A stretch of DNA of 64,000 nt from Pseudogymnoascus verrucosus (lineage: Eukaryota): the NCBI GenBank assembly GCA_001662655.1, contig KV460226.1; one strand, 5' to 3'. How positions within the stretch are numbered: position 1 is the stretch's first letter; the number at the start of each line of letters is the position of its first letter. The notes beneath the pieces were generated by a model. It saw only the letters and a list, made by a program, of their open reading frames with translations, did not search any database and was not told the DNA's origin. Of this stretch, positions 49,834-61,481 are shown piece after piece. A program made the translations under genes and the position numbers.

Positions 49834-50467
49834 ATGTTTCGCCTGCGGAAATTGTGAAAAGGAGTCGGCGTCATTCTTCGTTTGTTCGGCGGTAGCTAGG
49901 CAATGCTACGGGAATTGTACGGGAGGTGGGTTGTGTGGTTGTTGTTGGTTGTTGGAGCTCTTGTATTTAGACAAATCGAAATCCAACTAAAAATGGTCGG
50001 TATCTAGCTCGTTAGGTATGGGATAGGCAGCTTGTCTCGGATTATAATGTTCAATTGGTCTGTCATACTACTTGAATTATCTTGAACTATCTGTTTTGAC
50101 TGCACCTCGAATGTCGCCCCAAAATGGCGTGAAATATACAGTAAAATCCCATGGAAGAATCGTACATGTTGAGTATCTGACTCATAGGACTTGATTGTCG
50201 GGCTTCATATTTTTAGGTGAACCGATGTGGTATCTTTATGGGAATCTCACTTATTATTCTTATTGATTTCTAGGTCTCAATGACCCTCTTATATCGAGGT
50301 TCACGTGAAATCTCAGAGAGTGATAAAACATAACTCAGGACGAAAGTCCAACGCTTCTAAAAACATAACCCTACAACAGCACCTTTGAGGAACCCAACGC
50401 CTAATACGCCTCTATACAAAAATCCCTCCCAATCGCGCCATCATATTCAAACTCAGTCCTATCCTAT

Positions 50468-53253
50468 CTACAATCTCACTTTCGCACCAATCCCCTCTCC
50501 CTCAAACCATAACTTCTCCTTCCACTTCCCCAACCTCACCCCTACCTCCGCCTTCGCTGATAGCTTCAGTCCACCACCAAGCGCCTCGCGGATACGGTCG
50601 TAGCCTATAGAGTCCGGATCCCAATCTACAGGCAGTTTGTCGGTCTCGCTGAGTCCAGGCGGAACATCGATTGGTAGGTCATATACGATAGTGCCGACTG
50701 GTTCGGTGTGGTTATAGAATGCTGTGGCATTGATGGTTTCGATGAAGATGTGGGTGTCCTTGAGCGGAGAGAAGATGGTGAAGGAAGCCGAGGAGGAGAA
50801 GATGTGGAATGTAGCGCCTTGGATGAATCGTAGATGATCTGGAGCATCTTCGTCGTCGTCATCGTCGCCTGAGCCATTGTGGGGAGAAGATAGGCGGGGA
50901 ATTTGCATCTCGATGGGGAATTTGGAGAGGCTTTCACCTAGGGCTGGTTGGAAAGGGATACTGCCGTCGTATGTTTGGAATGTGATGGTTGTGTTCCAGC
51001 CGGATATGTACTGGGATATGAGGTTTCGTGCGTTCGCTGAGGAATTGGCATCTCCCAAGGTCGCGGGATCCCACAAGACTCGCACAGCAAGGTTTGTATT
51101 GTTGCCCAAGGTGACCTCAGCGTTTGACACCGTAGCTAGCCCGATAACAGAGTTGTTGCTCAAAATATGGATGTTCAATGATGGAATGGTGGCGGTGTAA
51201 TTCGTAGGGTTTGTGAAGTTGACCTTGCCTTCCAGAGTCAACGAGTTCTTGCCGGTGTCGAGGATTTTTAAGTCGAATACTTGGGGGTTTATACCCCCTA
51301 GAGCGCCTTTGAGGCCGCCATTTCCGGGAGCTGCGATTTCGTCAGCCTCGGACTTGTCTAGGCATCTAGGCCGAACATCCCACCCTTTACCGGGACAGAT
51401 CCTTCTCTGTAAAATGTTAGTATTCCCTTGATAATTAATGGGTTTTAGCTGTTCTGCTTACCCAGGAAGTTCCCTAACAACTAATGACCCCAGCACAGTT
51501 TCGGCCTCAACATCCACGAGTGCTCTAACTTCCAATGTCACGCCTTCTCCGAAAAGGATTTTCTGTGCCACATCTTGAAACACTCTCTGGTCGGTAATAT
51601 TTATAGGCGCATCCTTGATCTTGGACTGGATCTTTAAGAGTGCATCTTCGTCGTCCGTTGCATCAATCCTCTCAGATTGTGCTTTTTGCCATTCCTTCAG
51701 ATCCATGACACCGAGTTTCTTGTCCTTGTAGAAAATATCCGCTGTTGGGCGGACGTTGGTGACATTGATTGCAAAGTTGACCTCTTTCGGTAGATTGGCC
51801 ATGACTATGATAGTGCCAGATATTTGAGGGTTTGATTCGGGGCTGCGCGGATCCGCAAATGGATCAGGCAACCCAAAGTGTACATCCGCGAACGTGAAGT
51901 TCTTGACCAGTCCATCGAAATTTCGGCCTGGGAATGGAACCGGTACTGTAATGGCTGAAACCAAATCGGATATCCAAGTCGGCGTTTCTGGCGATGGGTT
52001 TTTGGACCCCTTTACATATATGGTGGCGTCCTTGCCGTGCATATACTCGCCCACCAGCACGTCCAATGGCGACAGTGTAGTGCTAGGGCAGGGCTTGGTT
52101 AAAGAGCTTGGGAGCTCCCGTATGACGCCTCCGGCATGGACTTCGATATCCGATTCTGGCTGCACATCGACCCGATCCGTCGACGCCTCCGCAAGCATAA
52201 TATATGGGTCAACCACATCGCAGTTCTGAACTAGGATGTCAAACTGAAGAGGTGGTATTGACAGGCTGATTGGATAGTGGTTGTCAACAACAAGAGTTGC
52301 ATCTGCCCTCATGCCCCGCTTGATTATGGCTTTGCGACTGCGAGCCTGCATCAGATTCGTTTCCTCGATATTGATGTGAGTTATATTATAGGACGGGATA
52401 TTAGGGATATTGTGGCCTAGGGAGGTTAATCAACGCATTCATAAGTATTCAAATAGGGAAACTAACCTTCAAGAACGATTGTTGGAGATATGGTTTTGTT
52501 CCCGAGACGGAAGAAGCCAGACTTAAGTGGAACATCAATCATGCCCCTCACCGTCAATTGTGTCATCCGTCCAGAAAGCCAGTCATTGACGATACGCTGA
52601 AGGTCTGCGGTTTCGGCAGGTTTAACGTCTGTCAAGAAATCCAGATGCGTGACCTCGCCGTTGCGGATGCTGGCGTGTACTTTCGGAACGGTTGCAGTGC
52701 CAATAAGTAAGTTGTCGTACTCGGGAAGGTAAACCTTCACTTCTGTCTCGTCGCTTTCGACCGTGTGGGCGATGTAAGTTCCAAGTCGCCCAAGGGTTCG
52801 GATGACAGAGTTCTCGCATTTGGCTGCATCGAGCTGGAAGTCTGCCTGCACTCGGGCTCGCACCCCAGTGCTTGTAAACGAGTCGATGGACAGGCCGGAC
52901 GGGTCGATAACCATCGACTGCTTGCTGTACTCTTCGACGGCAGCTGGTGCAAAAAATAGCACCGAGATGATGAGCAAAACCGACACAGAGAGGCCGGTGA
53001 TAGCTGTGATAGTAGCCCAAGATTTGCCCTTCGTTGCCGAGGCGCTGGAATCGTTGCTCTGTATCGACCGCAATGACGTCGACGCTGGTGAGAGTGGCGC
53101 GGGGTCTTCCTCTCCGTCATATCGTGGAGTTCCGTGTCCATGCGAGAGCAGCGGTGCATACTCTGTATCATCCTCGCGACGCTCCTCCGATGCTCGATGA
53201 GCCACCTCATCCGAGTCGCCCAACAGCGGCCGGGATGAGTCGTCCGTCGGCAT
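50468..53253 (-). CDS. Tag1-like single-pass membrane glycoprotein (often annotated pre-rRNA processing protein), ~875 aa
   Basis: Exons 53253-52467, 52416-51462, 51406-51384 and 51330-50468 total 2628 nt. N-terminal acidic dileucine-like motifs (SRPLL, YAPLL), one TM segment, and a long beta-rich C-terminal region with N-glycosylation sequons. Confidence 0.8.
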
Positions 53254-53862
53254 CGTTCCGGTTGTCTTTGTAAGCCCTTTGGTGTATCTTATGCGCTCAT
53301 TCTGTGTGTAGCAATAGTGTTGAAAGAGCTACTTCGGTATATATATGCTCGTCAACGCCGTTGCCTGTGATATTGATGATTAGAGTAGGTGTTTGGTATG
53401 TTGAGGGTTGAGGACGTCGATGATACAACAGAGTACATGCACTGTGCCTTGGAAACGCCATCGACAGGCTCCGGCGGCGACGGCCGTGCGTGTGGTCAGT
53501 GGCCACTAAAGATCGGCCACTTATCGATAAGGAACCACTTTCCGATAAGAGTGAACGCGGGGGAAAAGAGAGTAAGGTTGGGACGCTAGCAGGCGGTGCC
53601 CCGGAAGCCGGAATCAGTTTCCCCGACCGGCCAGTGACCGACACCGGAATTCAGATTATACCCGAATAGTTGTACTCATCGGCAACATCCATGTTCATTC
53701 AACTACAACCACAACTATTTTTTGTTTCTCGCAAGAATTTAACCACATCACTAATATTTGCGATACAAAAACCATTAAAAGTTCAATGTCAGTATTCTAT
53801 CTCTTATGTCCTTCTTCTTTTTCTTCCAAGTTCTCAATTGACGTCTTAATTCTAGCTTCAAC

Positions 53863-55051
53863 ATGGCCAGTATGACTCTTCGTCCCGCCAGGACTGCGCT
53901 CCGGTGTTTATCAAAACCACAATTGCGAACTTACTCAGGCCCTGCCAGTCCCGCGGACCCCGCCGTCTCTCCGTTCGCCCCTCGTCACTTCCTGTCCATT
54001 GCAGACCTCACTCCGGCCGAGCTGGTTACCCTCGTGAGGAGTGCCAAGACACACAAGACCAATATCAAGAAGGGTCTCGTCCCCAAAAAAGTTCAAGAAT
54101 CTCTCAATGGCAAGACCGTAGCGATGATGTTCAACAAGCGAAGCACAAGGACTCGAGTCTCAACCGAAGCCGCAGTAGTCACCATGGGCGGCCACCCGAT
54201 GTTCTTGGGTAAAGACGATATTCAACTTGGCGTGAGTCAACTTCCCTCCACCCTTGATAAACCCCCTTTTACTCTGAAGATTCTTAACACCATGGCTTTA
54301 GGTTAACGAGTCTCTCTACGACACATCCGTCGTGATCTCCTCTATGACCTCCTGCATGGTGGTCCGCGCCGGCGAGCACAGTGAAGTTGCCGATCTCGCA
54401 AAGCACTCCTCTGTCCCCGTCATCAACGCCCTCACAAACGACTACCATCCCCTCCAAACAATCGCCGACTTCCTCACAATCCACGAAACATTCCCTCCCA
54501 CATCATCAGTCAAGGACTCCCTCACAAACCCCTCTCTCGGGCTGGAGGGCCTCAAGATTGCGTGGATTGGCGACTCAAATAATGTTCTCTTCGACTTAGC
54601 TATCGCCTCTGTTAAGTTGGGGGTCGATATCTCCGTAGCTTCCCCCAAGGGCTTCACAATCCCACCACGAATGAAGGAGATCATCCTTGCCTCCGCAAAA
54701 GGAGTCTCAAACCCGGGTAAACTGACCGAAACAAGCGTGCCAGAGGAAGCTATCAAGGATGCCGACATCCTTGTGACAGACACCTGGGTCTCTATGGGTC
54801 AGGAGGAAGAATATAAGAAGCGCCTGGAGGCCTTCGCTGGATATCAAATCACAAACGACCTCGCGAAACGCGGAGGCGCAAAGGAGGGCTGGAAGTTCAT
54901 GCACTGCCTGCCCAGGCACCCAGAGGAGGTTGCGGACGAGGTTTTCTACAGCCCGAGGAGTCTCGTTTTCCCAGAGGCGGAGAACAGGTTGTATGCTGCA
55001 ATCGCTGCGATTGAGGCATTTGTTGTGAACAAGGGAAAGATTGTAGAGTAA
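53863..55051 (+). CDS. ARG3: Ornithine carbamoyltransferase, mitochondrial
   Basis: Exons 53863-54231 and 54302-55051. Motifs RSTRTR, HPLQ, DTWVSMG and HCLP; Arg-rich presequence. Confidence 0.98.
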
Positions 55052-55662
55052 GCGGCAGTCCAACGGTTGGGGATTGGAGTTCAAACAAAAGCGTTTTGCG
55101 GTAGAAGGCGTCTTTATATACCATCTACATGAAGCTTTTTTACTATGGCCAGTACATTCTCCCGTGAAATACTTCGCCTAAATATTGCTTCAAGGCGAAT
55201 GTTGAAGATGGATAATGAAAGGTAGGCACAGAACACACTCATGAAGAGCTGCCGTTCAATCAGGGTATTTCAGTACATTACATCTTCTAAAATTTATTCA
55301 GTTCATCTACTGAGGTTTGTCAGTTCTCATATTTCGTGTTGGAGTTGACTACAGTGGTGAAACACGTGACATCAGACGTCAGACGTCAGGTGGGCTCCTC
55401 CGCCACATTACATATCGATGACAACCATATTTGAGTACGATCTACGATACTTAATAAGTATTGCTTTTTATAGAATTATTGATGTGCTGTTGTCTGTCAT
55501 TACCGCCATAATCTATATTTCCCATTCTATACCTAGTCTTATTGACTTTGATAGAGAATCGCTCCAAATCTACTGTATTCCATGGGCAACCCATCACTGG
55601 GAGGCTATCAACAAGACGAATAATCTCTAGGGAGACCAAGGTTTCCGTACGACTCTCAAGAG

Positions 55663-56831
55663 ATGTCGCAACGTATAACTTCCATGCTCAGCCCTTCGAG
55701 CGATCACCCGCCATCATTTAGTGACGCTGTCCCTTCCTACAATGACCACACACTCGATGAACGCTTTGAGCCATCCTCCTCTCACCCAGTACACCAAGCC
55801 AGCTCAGAAACCCCTAAACCACGCCCTCTCAGCTCAAACAACCCTTATAGGCAATTATTGGAACATTCACCTCCTCTAGAAGCTGCCCCGGGTATCAGTC
55901 TGTCCACACCACCTCAACCCGAAACTCAAGCCAGCCATCAAACCCCGCCAGCCTCACCTACGCATCCCAGCGAACGCCAGCAATCGAGCCTCCCCCCTCA
56001 ACAGACACCCGCCGAGCTCGATGCTCTCCAGGCGACGGCTCAAGCCGCCCAAAGAGCCCCTGAATTCCTCTCACTCGACCGCGACCTCATCTTCCCGCCG
56101 CCTCCCTCTCAAGCTCTCTATTCCCTGGCATTTGCACTGTCTCCCAATGGCAGATCGAATACTGTCCGACGCTCCGTCCCCGCCGTTACGCGAGCAGACG
56201 GGAGCCAGCGCTCTGAAGTCACCGATAAAGACCTCTATACCATCCGCCGGGATTCTTTTTTTAATTCCCGCTTTATCATAGAAGGGAAGCGCCGAAGCAC
56301 CTTCCCAGGGACCTTGAATCTAAGGTATCATGCGAATATAATCAAAGGCCCGTATTGGGACTGCACGGTGGAGAAGACGGGAGAGTTGCTGATGAGGGGA
56401 AAGGGCGAGGAGTGGATAGATGGCCTAGGACGGACCGTTGGCCGCGAGCCCGAAGGGGTCTGCTTGGGGAGGAAGAAGAGAAAGGTAATGGAGAAAGAGC
56501 ATGAACAGAGGACTCAAGGCCAAAACGTGGCGTGGAAACCACCTGTTTTGGAGCTGGTGGGGGAGGGGAAGAATGCAGGCGGTGATGATAGTAGTGAAGA
56601 TGCCAAAGCTAGGATCAGGGACTTACTCGTTACATGCTGGGTGGCCAAGTGTTGGGATGCCGAGAGAGTAGCCGCGATGCCGGAGCAGCTTGCGGCGGAT
56701 GGTAAGTGGCCTTGTCGGCGTGGTTTTGTCACCTGGCGAGCACCCAGAAGTGGAAAAGATACTAACGTAACCTAGGGTCTCGTTGGAAACGAAGGTCTGA
56801 AGTTCCCCGAGGAACTAGTTTCTTTTTCTAA
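55663..56831 (+). CDS. Hypothetical protein (Pro/Ser-rich N-terminus, globular C-terminal domain)
   Basis: Exon 55663-56701, intron 56702-56775 (GTAAGT..ACTAAC..TAG), last exon ending SRWKRRSEVPRGTSFFF*. RDLLVTCWVAKCW resembles a recurrent fungal motif. Confidence 0.75.
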
Positions 56832-57352
56832 TTGGGAGTATTCTAGCTTTTTTTCACCTCACCCACCGTTGCGCGCCATACCCAGTCCGAATGATCCTAG
56901 ACAGTAGCTAGTGAACGTTTGCTAGTAATTTATTGTTCAAGCTGAACGTCATGTTCTTACTTTGTGATTGTGAATGTTCTGATATTAAATTTGTTTCAAA
57001 AATAAAAGTATGAGAAATATAAAAATAAATCAGATTATTAATGTCCCACTTCAATACTTGCCCCCGAACAACACCTGGATACGAAGTGAGTTTTACACAG
57101 TCGTCCTCCTCACCCGTCATATAATTATATATTATATATAGATCAAATCACCACTTGACTAAGATTCAATTGGTTGCCATCCAAACAGGCACAATATTCG
57201 GGCCAAGCACGTGACCGCATAGGAAATTTTAGGTGGACTGGGGCGATAAGCAGCTTATCAACTTAGCGGCCGCCCGAAAATACCTTTCAATTGGTCCCTG
57301 CAAATAAATCCAAAATCTTCCATTTCCTGTCGCAACAGCACTGTAAGAGACC

Positions 57353-59608
57353 ATGGCACAGGTCTCCGGCAGCACGTCCTCGTCCATGACTTCGACATCA
57401 CACACGATGACTGCCGAACCTACGAACCAGAAATTGGGCACCCCCCAATCGTCGTATTCCGCGTACGCGAAATCTCTTCTGCAGGCGCTGCAGCCGGAGA
57501 ATCGGTATAAGTTCATAGCGCCCGAGAAGGAAATCTGCGAGGGGGCTTTGGATTTGGCGAAGTCGACTTTGGATGGATTTGCGGCGCAGCTGTATGATGA
57601 GCAGAACAAGAGGGTGGAGGAGGAGAGGAAGGATCGGAAGAGGAAGAGGGGCGAGGCTGCAGATGGCGGGGAGCTGCTGAAGATTAGGAAGGTGCATACG
57701 CAAGGCTTTGCTGTAGAGCAGGTTTGGGAGCAAGCGAGGAGAGTTATTGACGCATTGAGGGGAGATGTCGAGAGGGACTTGGATGAGTTGGCGCCTAGTG
57801 AGGGTGATGAAAGTGAGAGTGAAGATGGTGAAGAAGGCGAAGGTGATAGTGAGCTGGACGGGATGGAGTTCGGCGAAGACGGACTTGAGATTGGAAGCGA
57901 GGGTGATAGTGCAGAGGGCGACGAAGACCAAGAGGAGGAGATGGATGTCATGGAGGAGGGCGTTGACGACGATGAAGACGAAGACGATATGGCGGCTATG
58001 ATGGACGGTGAGGACGACCTCGAGGATGAAGACGACGAAGATGCAGAGGATGATGGAGAAGAGGAAGAATTTGTCGAAGACCCTCACGGACTGAACGACG
58101 GCTTTTTCTCGATCGACCAGTTCAACAAACAAACCGAGTTCCTGGAATTGCAAGATACTGCTGCGGATCCATACACCGGAGAGGCTAGTGACGAAGAAGA
58201 AATCGACTGGGATGCCGACCCAATGACTGCAGTGGCCGCAGCGGGCACGAAAAGCAAGAAGTCGGGTGCAGCGGATGATGAAAGCGAGGACGAAGATGAG
58301 AAAGAGGACGAGGATGGGCCAACCTTTGGCAACATGGACCTGAACGCCCCCGAAGGTGAGAGCGATGACGAAGAAGACGAGGATATGGAGGATGTCATCG
58401 ATGCCCCAGGAGATAACACCAACGACATTCTGTACAAGGATTTCTTCCAGCCTCCAGCACGCAAAGTTACCAAGGCCGAAAAGCAAGCTTCATATCTCGC
58501 AAGACAAGAGAAGAAGGCAAAAGCACTCCCAGCAGATGACGAGCAGGATGTTGAGCGGGCGATGGCTGATGTTCGCCGTGACCTTTTCGACGATGAAGAA
58601 GAAGATCGTTCCGAGGATGATCTTTCGGATGTTGACGCTGCCGACCCTAAATCGAGAAGGTCTGCCCATGAGCGCCGTCAAGCAAAGCTCGCCGAAGAGA
58701 TCCGTCGCCTCGAAGCGGCATCCGTGCAGAAGCGAGAGTGGACTTTGTCGGGTGAAGCAAGAGCTGCCGACCGCCCCCAGAACTCCCTTCTGGAACAGGA
58801 TCTAGACTTTGAGCGAACCGGCAAGCCAGTGCCAGTTATCACCGCAGAAGTCAGCGAAAGCATCGAGGAACTTATCAAGCGCCGTATCATCGCTCAAGAG
58901 TTTGACGAGGTCATCCGCCGTCGTCCAGACTCCGACTCGGTTCCTGACAATGCTCGCCGTGGCGCTTTCGAGCTCGAGGACACCAAAGCCCAGCAAAGTC
59001 TTGCCGAGATGTACGAAGAGGAGCACGTCAAGAACAACAACCCTGACACATATATGAGCAAGGCCGATGACAAGCTGAAGAAGCAACATCTCGAGATTGA
59101 GGGTCTCTGGAAGGACGTCTGTGGCAAATTAGATGCGCTCAGCAGCTGGCACTACAAGCCCAAGCCTCCTGCACCAAGCTTGACTGTCGTCGCTGATGTG
59201 GCGACCGTTAACATGGAGGACGCACAGCCTACGATGGCAAGCGGTATTACTGGAGCTGACAGCATGCTGGCACCTCAGGAGATCTACAAGGCTGGCAAGG
59301 ATAAGAATTCGGTGGACAAGGGAGAAATTGTGCCGAAGAGCGGTGCTCCTATTGCCAGGCAGGAGATGACGAGGGAAGAGAAACTCAGGAGGCGTAGACG
59401 CGAGAAGGAGAGGATCAAGAAGAGAGGTGGTGAGGTTCAGAACGCGAGACCTGAGGGCAAGAAGGCGAAGGCGAAGAGGGAGACAGTTGAAGAGCTTAAG
59501 AAGGCCGGAGTAAAGGTCATTGGCAGGAGAGGTGACATCAAGGATGTTGAGGGGAATAAGATCAAGGCCGCACAGATCACAAATGGTGCTGGTGGCTTCA
59601 AGTTGTAG
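57353..59608 (+). CDS. MPP10: U3 snoRNP / SSU processome protein Mpp10
   Basis: Intronless, 751 aa, acidic. Motifs LNDGFFSID, WTLSGEARAADRPQNSLLE, LDALSSWHYKPKP and MEDAQP. Confidence 0.96.
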   Translation: MAQVSGSTSSSMTSTSHTMTAEPTNQKLGTPQSSYSAYAKSLLQALQPENRYKFIAPEKEICEGALDLAKSTLDGFAAQLYDEQNKRVEEERKDRKRKRGEAADGGELLKIRKVHTQGFAVEQVWEQARRVIDALRGDVERDLDELAPSEGDESESEDGEEGEGDSELDGMEFGEDGLEIGSEGDSAEGDEDQEEEMDVMEEGVDDDEDEDDMAAMMDGEDDLEDEDDEDAEDDGEEEEFVEDPHGLNDGFFSIDQFNKQTEFLELQDTAADPYTGEASDEEEIDWDADPMTAVAAAGTKSKKSGAADDESEDEDEKEDEDGPTFGNMDLNAPEGESDDEEDEDMEDVIDAPGDNTNDILYKDFFQPPARKVTKAEKQASYLARQEKKAKALPADDEQDVERAMADVRRDLFDDEEEDRSEDDLSDVDAADPKSRRSAHERRQAKLAEEIRRLEAASVQKREWTLSGEARAADRPQNSLLEQDLDFERTGKPVPVITAEVSESIEELIKRRIIAQEFDEVIRRRPDSDSVPDNARRGAFELEDTKAQQSLAEMYEEEHVKNNNPDTYMSKADDKLKKQHLEIEGLWKDVCGKLDALSSWHYKPKPPAPSLTVVADVATVNMEDAQPTMASGITGADSMLAPQEIYKAGKDKNSVDKGEIVPKSGAPIARQEMTREEKLRRRRREKERIKKRGGEVQNARPEGKKAKAKRETVEELKKAGVKVIGRRGDIKDVEGNKIKAAQITNGAGGFKL

Positions 59609-59994
59609 AGGGGTAACAGTGTGTGGTTAAGGCATTTCTGGAGTTTCAAGCGTTAGGATAGGTGTTTTATAGATGAATAATGTGTTCTTATAAGGAAGAC
59701 ATTTAACAACTATATATACAATGCGATTTTCTGTATAAAGCATAGATATCTGTATTTATTGTAAGTTGGTGAGGCCAGTTTTGGTGAGCTTTCTCGGAAA
59801 GGGACAATCTCGGGAGCGATTGCAATTAAGCGACGCTCATTGGTCCACACATTTTAGCGTTCTTACGACCGAGCATCATTGAATCTTCAGAGCCTCCAGT
59901 TCGCGACGTCGACCCTAAACGCCCCTCGCTTTCCATCCCGTGCGGTCCCTCGATTCCCTTTCCTCTGCCAATATACAATAGAGGCACAGACAAG

Positions 59995-60815
59995 ATGCTG
60001 TCGTCCGCACGGCCTGCTGCCGCATTGGCCCTCCGTGGTAAGCTTGCCTGCACCACATCCCGCGTCGCCACAAATCCTAACTTCTCCGGTGTAGCCAAAC
60101 CCACATCCGCCATTGTCCCATACAGGTCAATTGCCGCGATCTCGTCCTCAGCATCGAAGACTGCGAGTGCGCTCGCCTCACAAAATGCGTCGGGCTTTCC
60201 CCTGGGCGTGACCGGCAAGCCGAAGCGGGAGGTGCTGTTGCCCAGCCAAGAGCCGAAGAAGGGTGCTATGCAATACGCATTGTACGTGCTCAATTCCCCG
60301 ATACCTATATGCCATGGCACACTTGTGTGTGCATTGCGAGCTTCCAGCTAACCCCTCATCTTAGAACGACTCTCGATCAAGTTGCTAACTGGGCCCGCCA
60401 ATCCTCCTTATGGCCCATGACCTTCGGACTCGCCTGCTGCGCCGTCGAAATGATGCATCTCTCAACCCCACGATACGATCAGGATCGCCTCGGTATCATT
60501 TTCCGTGCTTCGCCGCGTCAATCCGATGTCATGATTGTTGCCGGAACCTTGACAAACAAGATGGCCCCCGCCTTGAGACAAGTCTACGATCAGATGCCCG
60601 AGCCGAGATGGGTCATCTCCATGGGAAGCTGTGCCAACGGCGGTGGATACTACCACTACAGCTACAGTGTGACGAGAGGGTGCGACCGCATCGTTCCTGT
60701 TGATATTTACGTTCCGGGATGCCCGCCCACCTCGGAGGCTTTGATGTACGGCGTGTTCCAGCTCCAGAAGAAGATGAGGCACACGCGCATTACGAGGATG
60801 TGGTACAGGAAGTAG
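59995..60815 (+). CDS. NDUFS7: NADH:ubiquinone oxidoreductase 20 kDa (PSST/NuoB) subunit
   Basis: Exons 59995-60281 and 60365-60815. Motifs [26 protein letters not shown] and DIYVPGCPP. Confidence 0.98.
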
Positions 60816-60992
60816 ATGGAAATGTTATCTGTGGCCCTGGACGGGAAGTTTCGTTTGTAAAAACGGGTGCATACTGTATATAGTACCTCACGGCGTTAGT
60901 TTCAGAATGAAATATTAAAAACTTGAAGCAATTGGTTGGTGCTTTGTGCTTGATATCGTGGTAATGTGCAATGCACACTAGATATTGATTGC

Positions 60993-61235
60993 TATTATAT
61001 ACAGGACGAACGCTAGATACTGATGCCAGCCGTGGCTAGAATAAGCTCTATATACCGTTTATTAGATATAGGTCTCTATCATATACAGCACGAATGCTAG
61101 ACACTGATGCTTCTTGTAGCCTGCATAGTGCCTGTGCGTCGTTTACTAGGTATGGACTACTATTATATATCATACGAATGTTAGTGCCTAAATGATAAAT
61201 TGTTAGTCCCAGTGTTTATTAGTATGGAACAGAGG
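60993..61235. repeat. Degenerate 84-bp tandem repeat, ~3 copies
   Basis: Units start at 60993, 61077 and 61161 and share TATYATATA..ACGAAYGYTAG and GTTTAYTAG..TATRG. Confidence 0.75.
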
Positions 61236-61481
61236 GACAGCTACTGATATGACACTAATTGTAAGTCAGTTACTAGCACATTTAAGCCTGATATTAGGAC
61301 CCAAGAGCAGTCAAGAGTATCTTGATTACTATTAAATACAAGTATGGAGTTGGGAGATCTAACAATTATTCTATGTTTTAGAATCTCAAAGTGCAGCCCC
61401 TGTTGCCAGTGCCAGCCAGTACGCCTCAGACGCCACAGTAATCCTCCTTCCAATTTATATCGTGGAGGCCCAGCCCCTATT

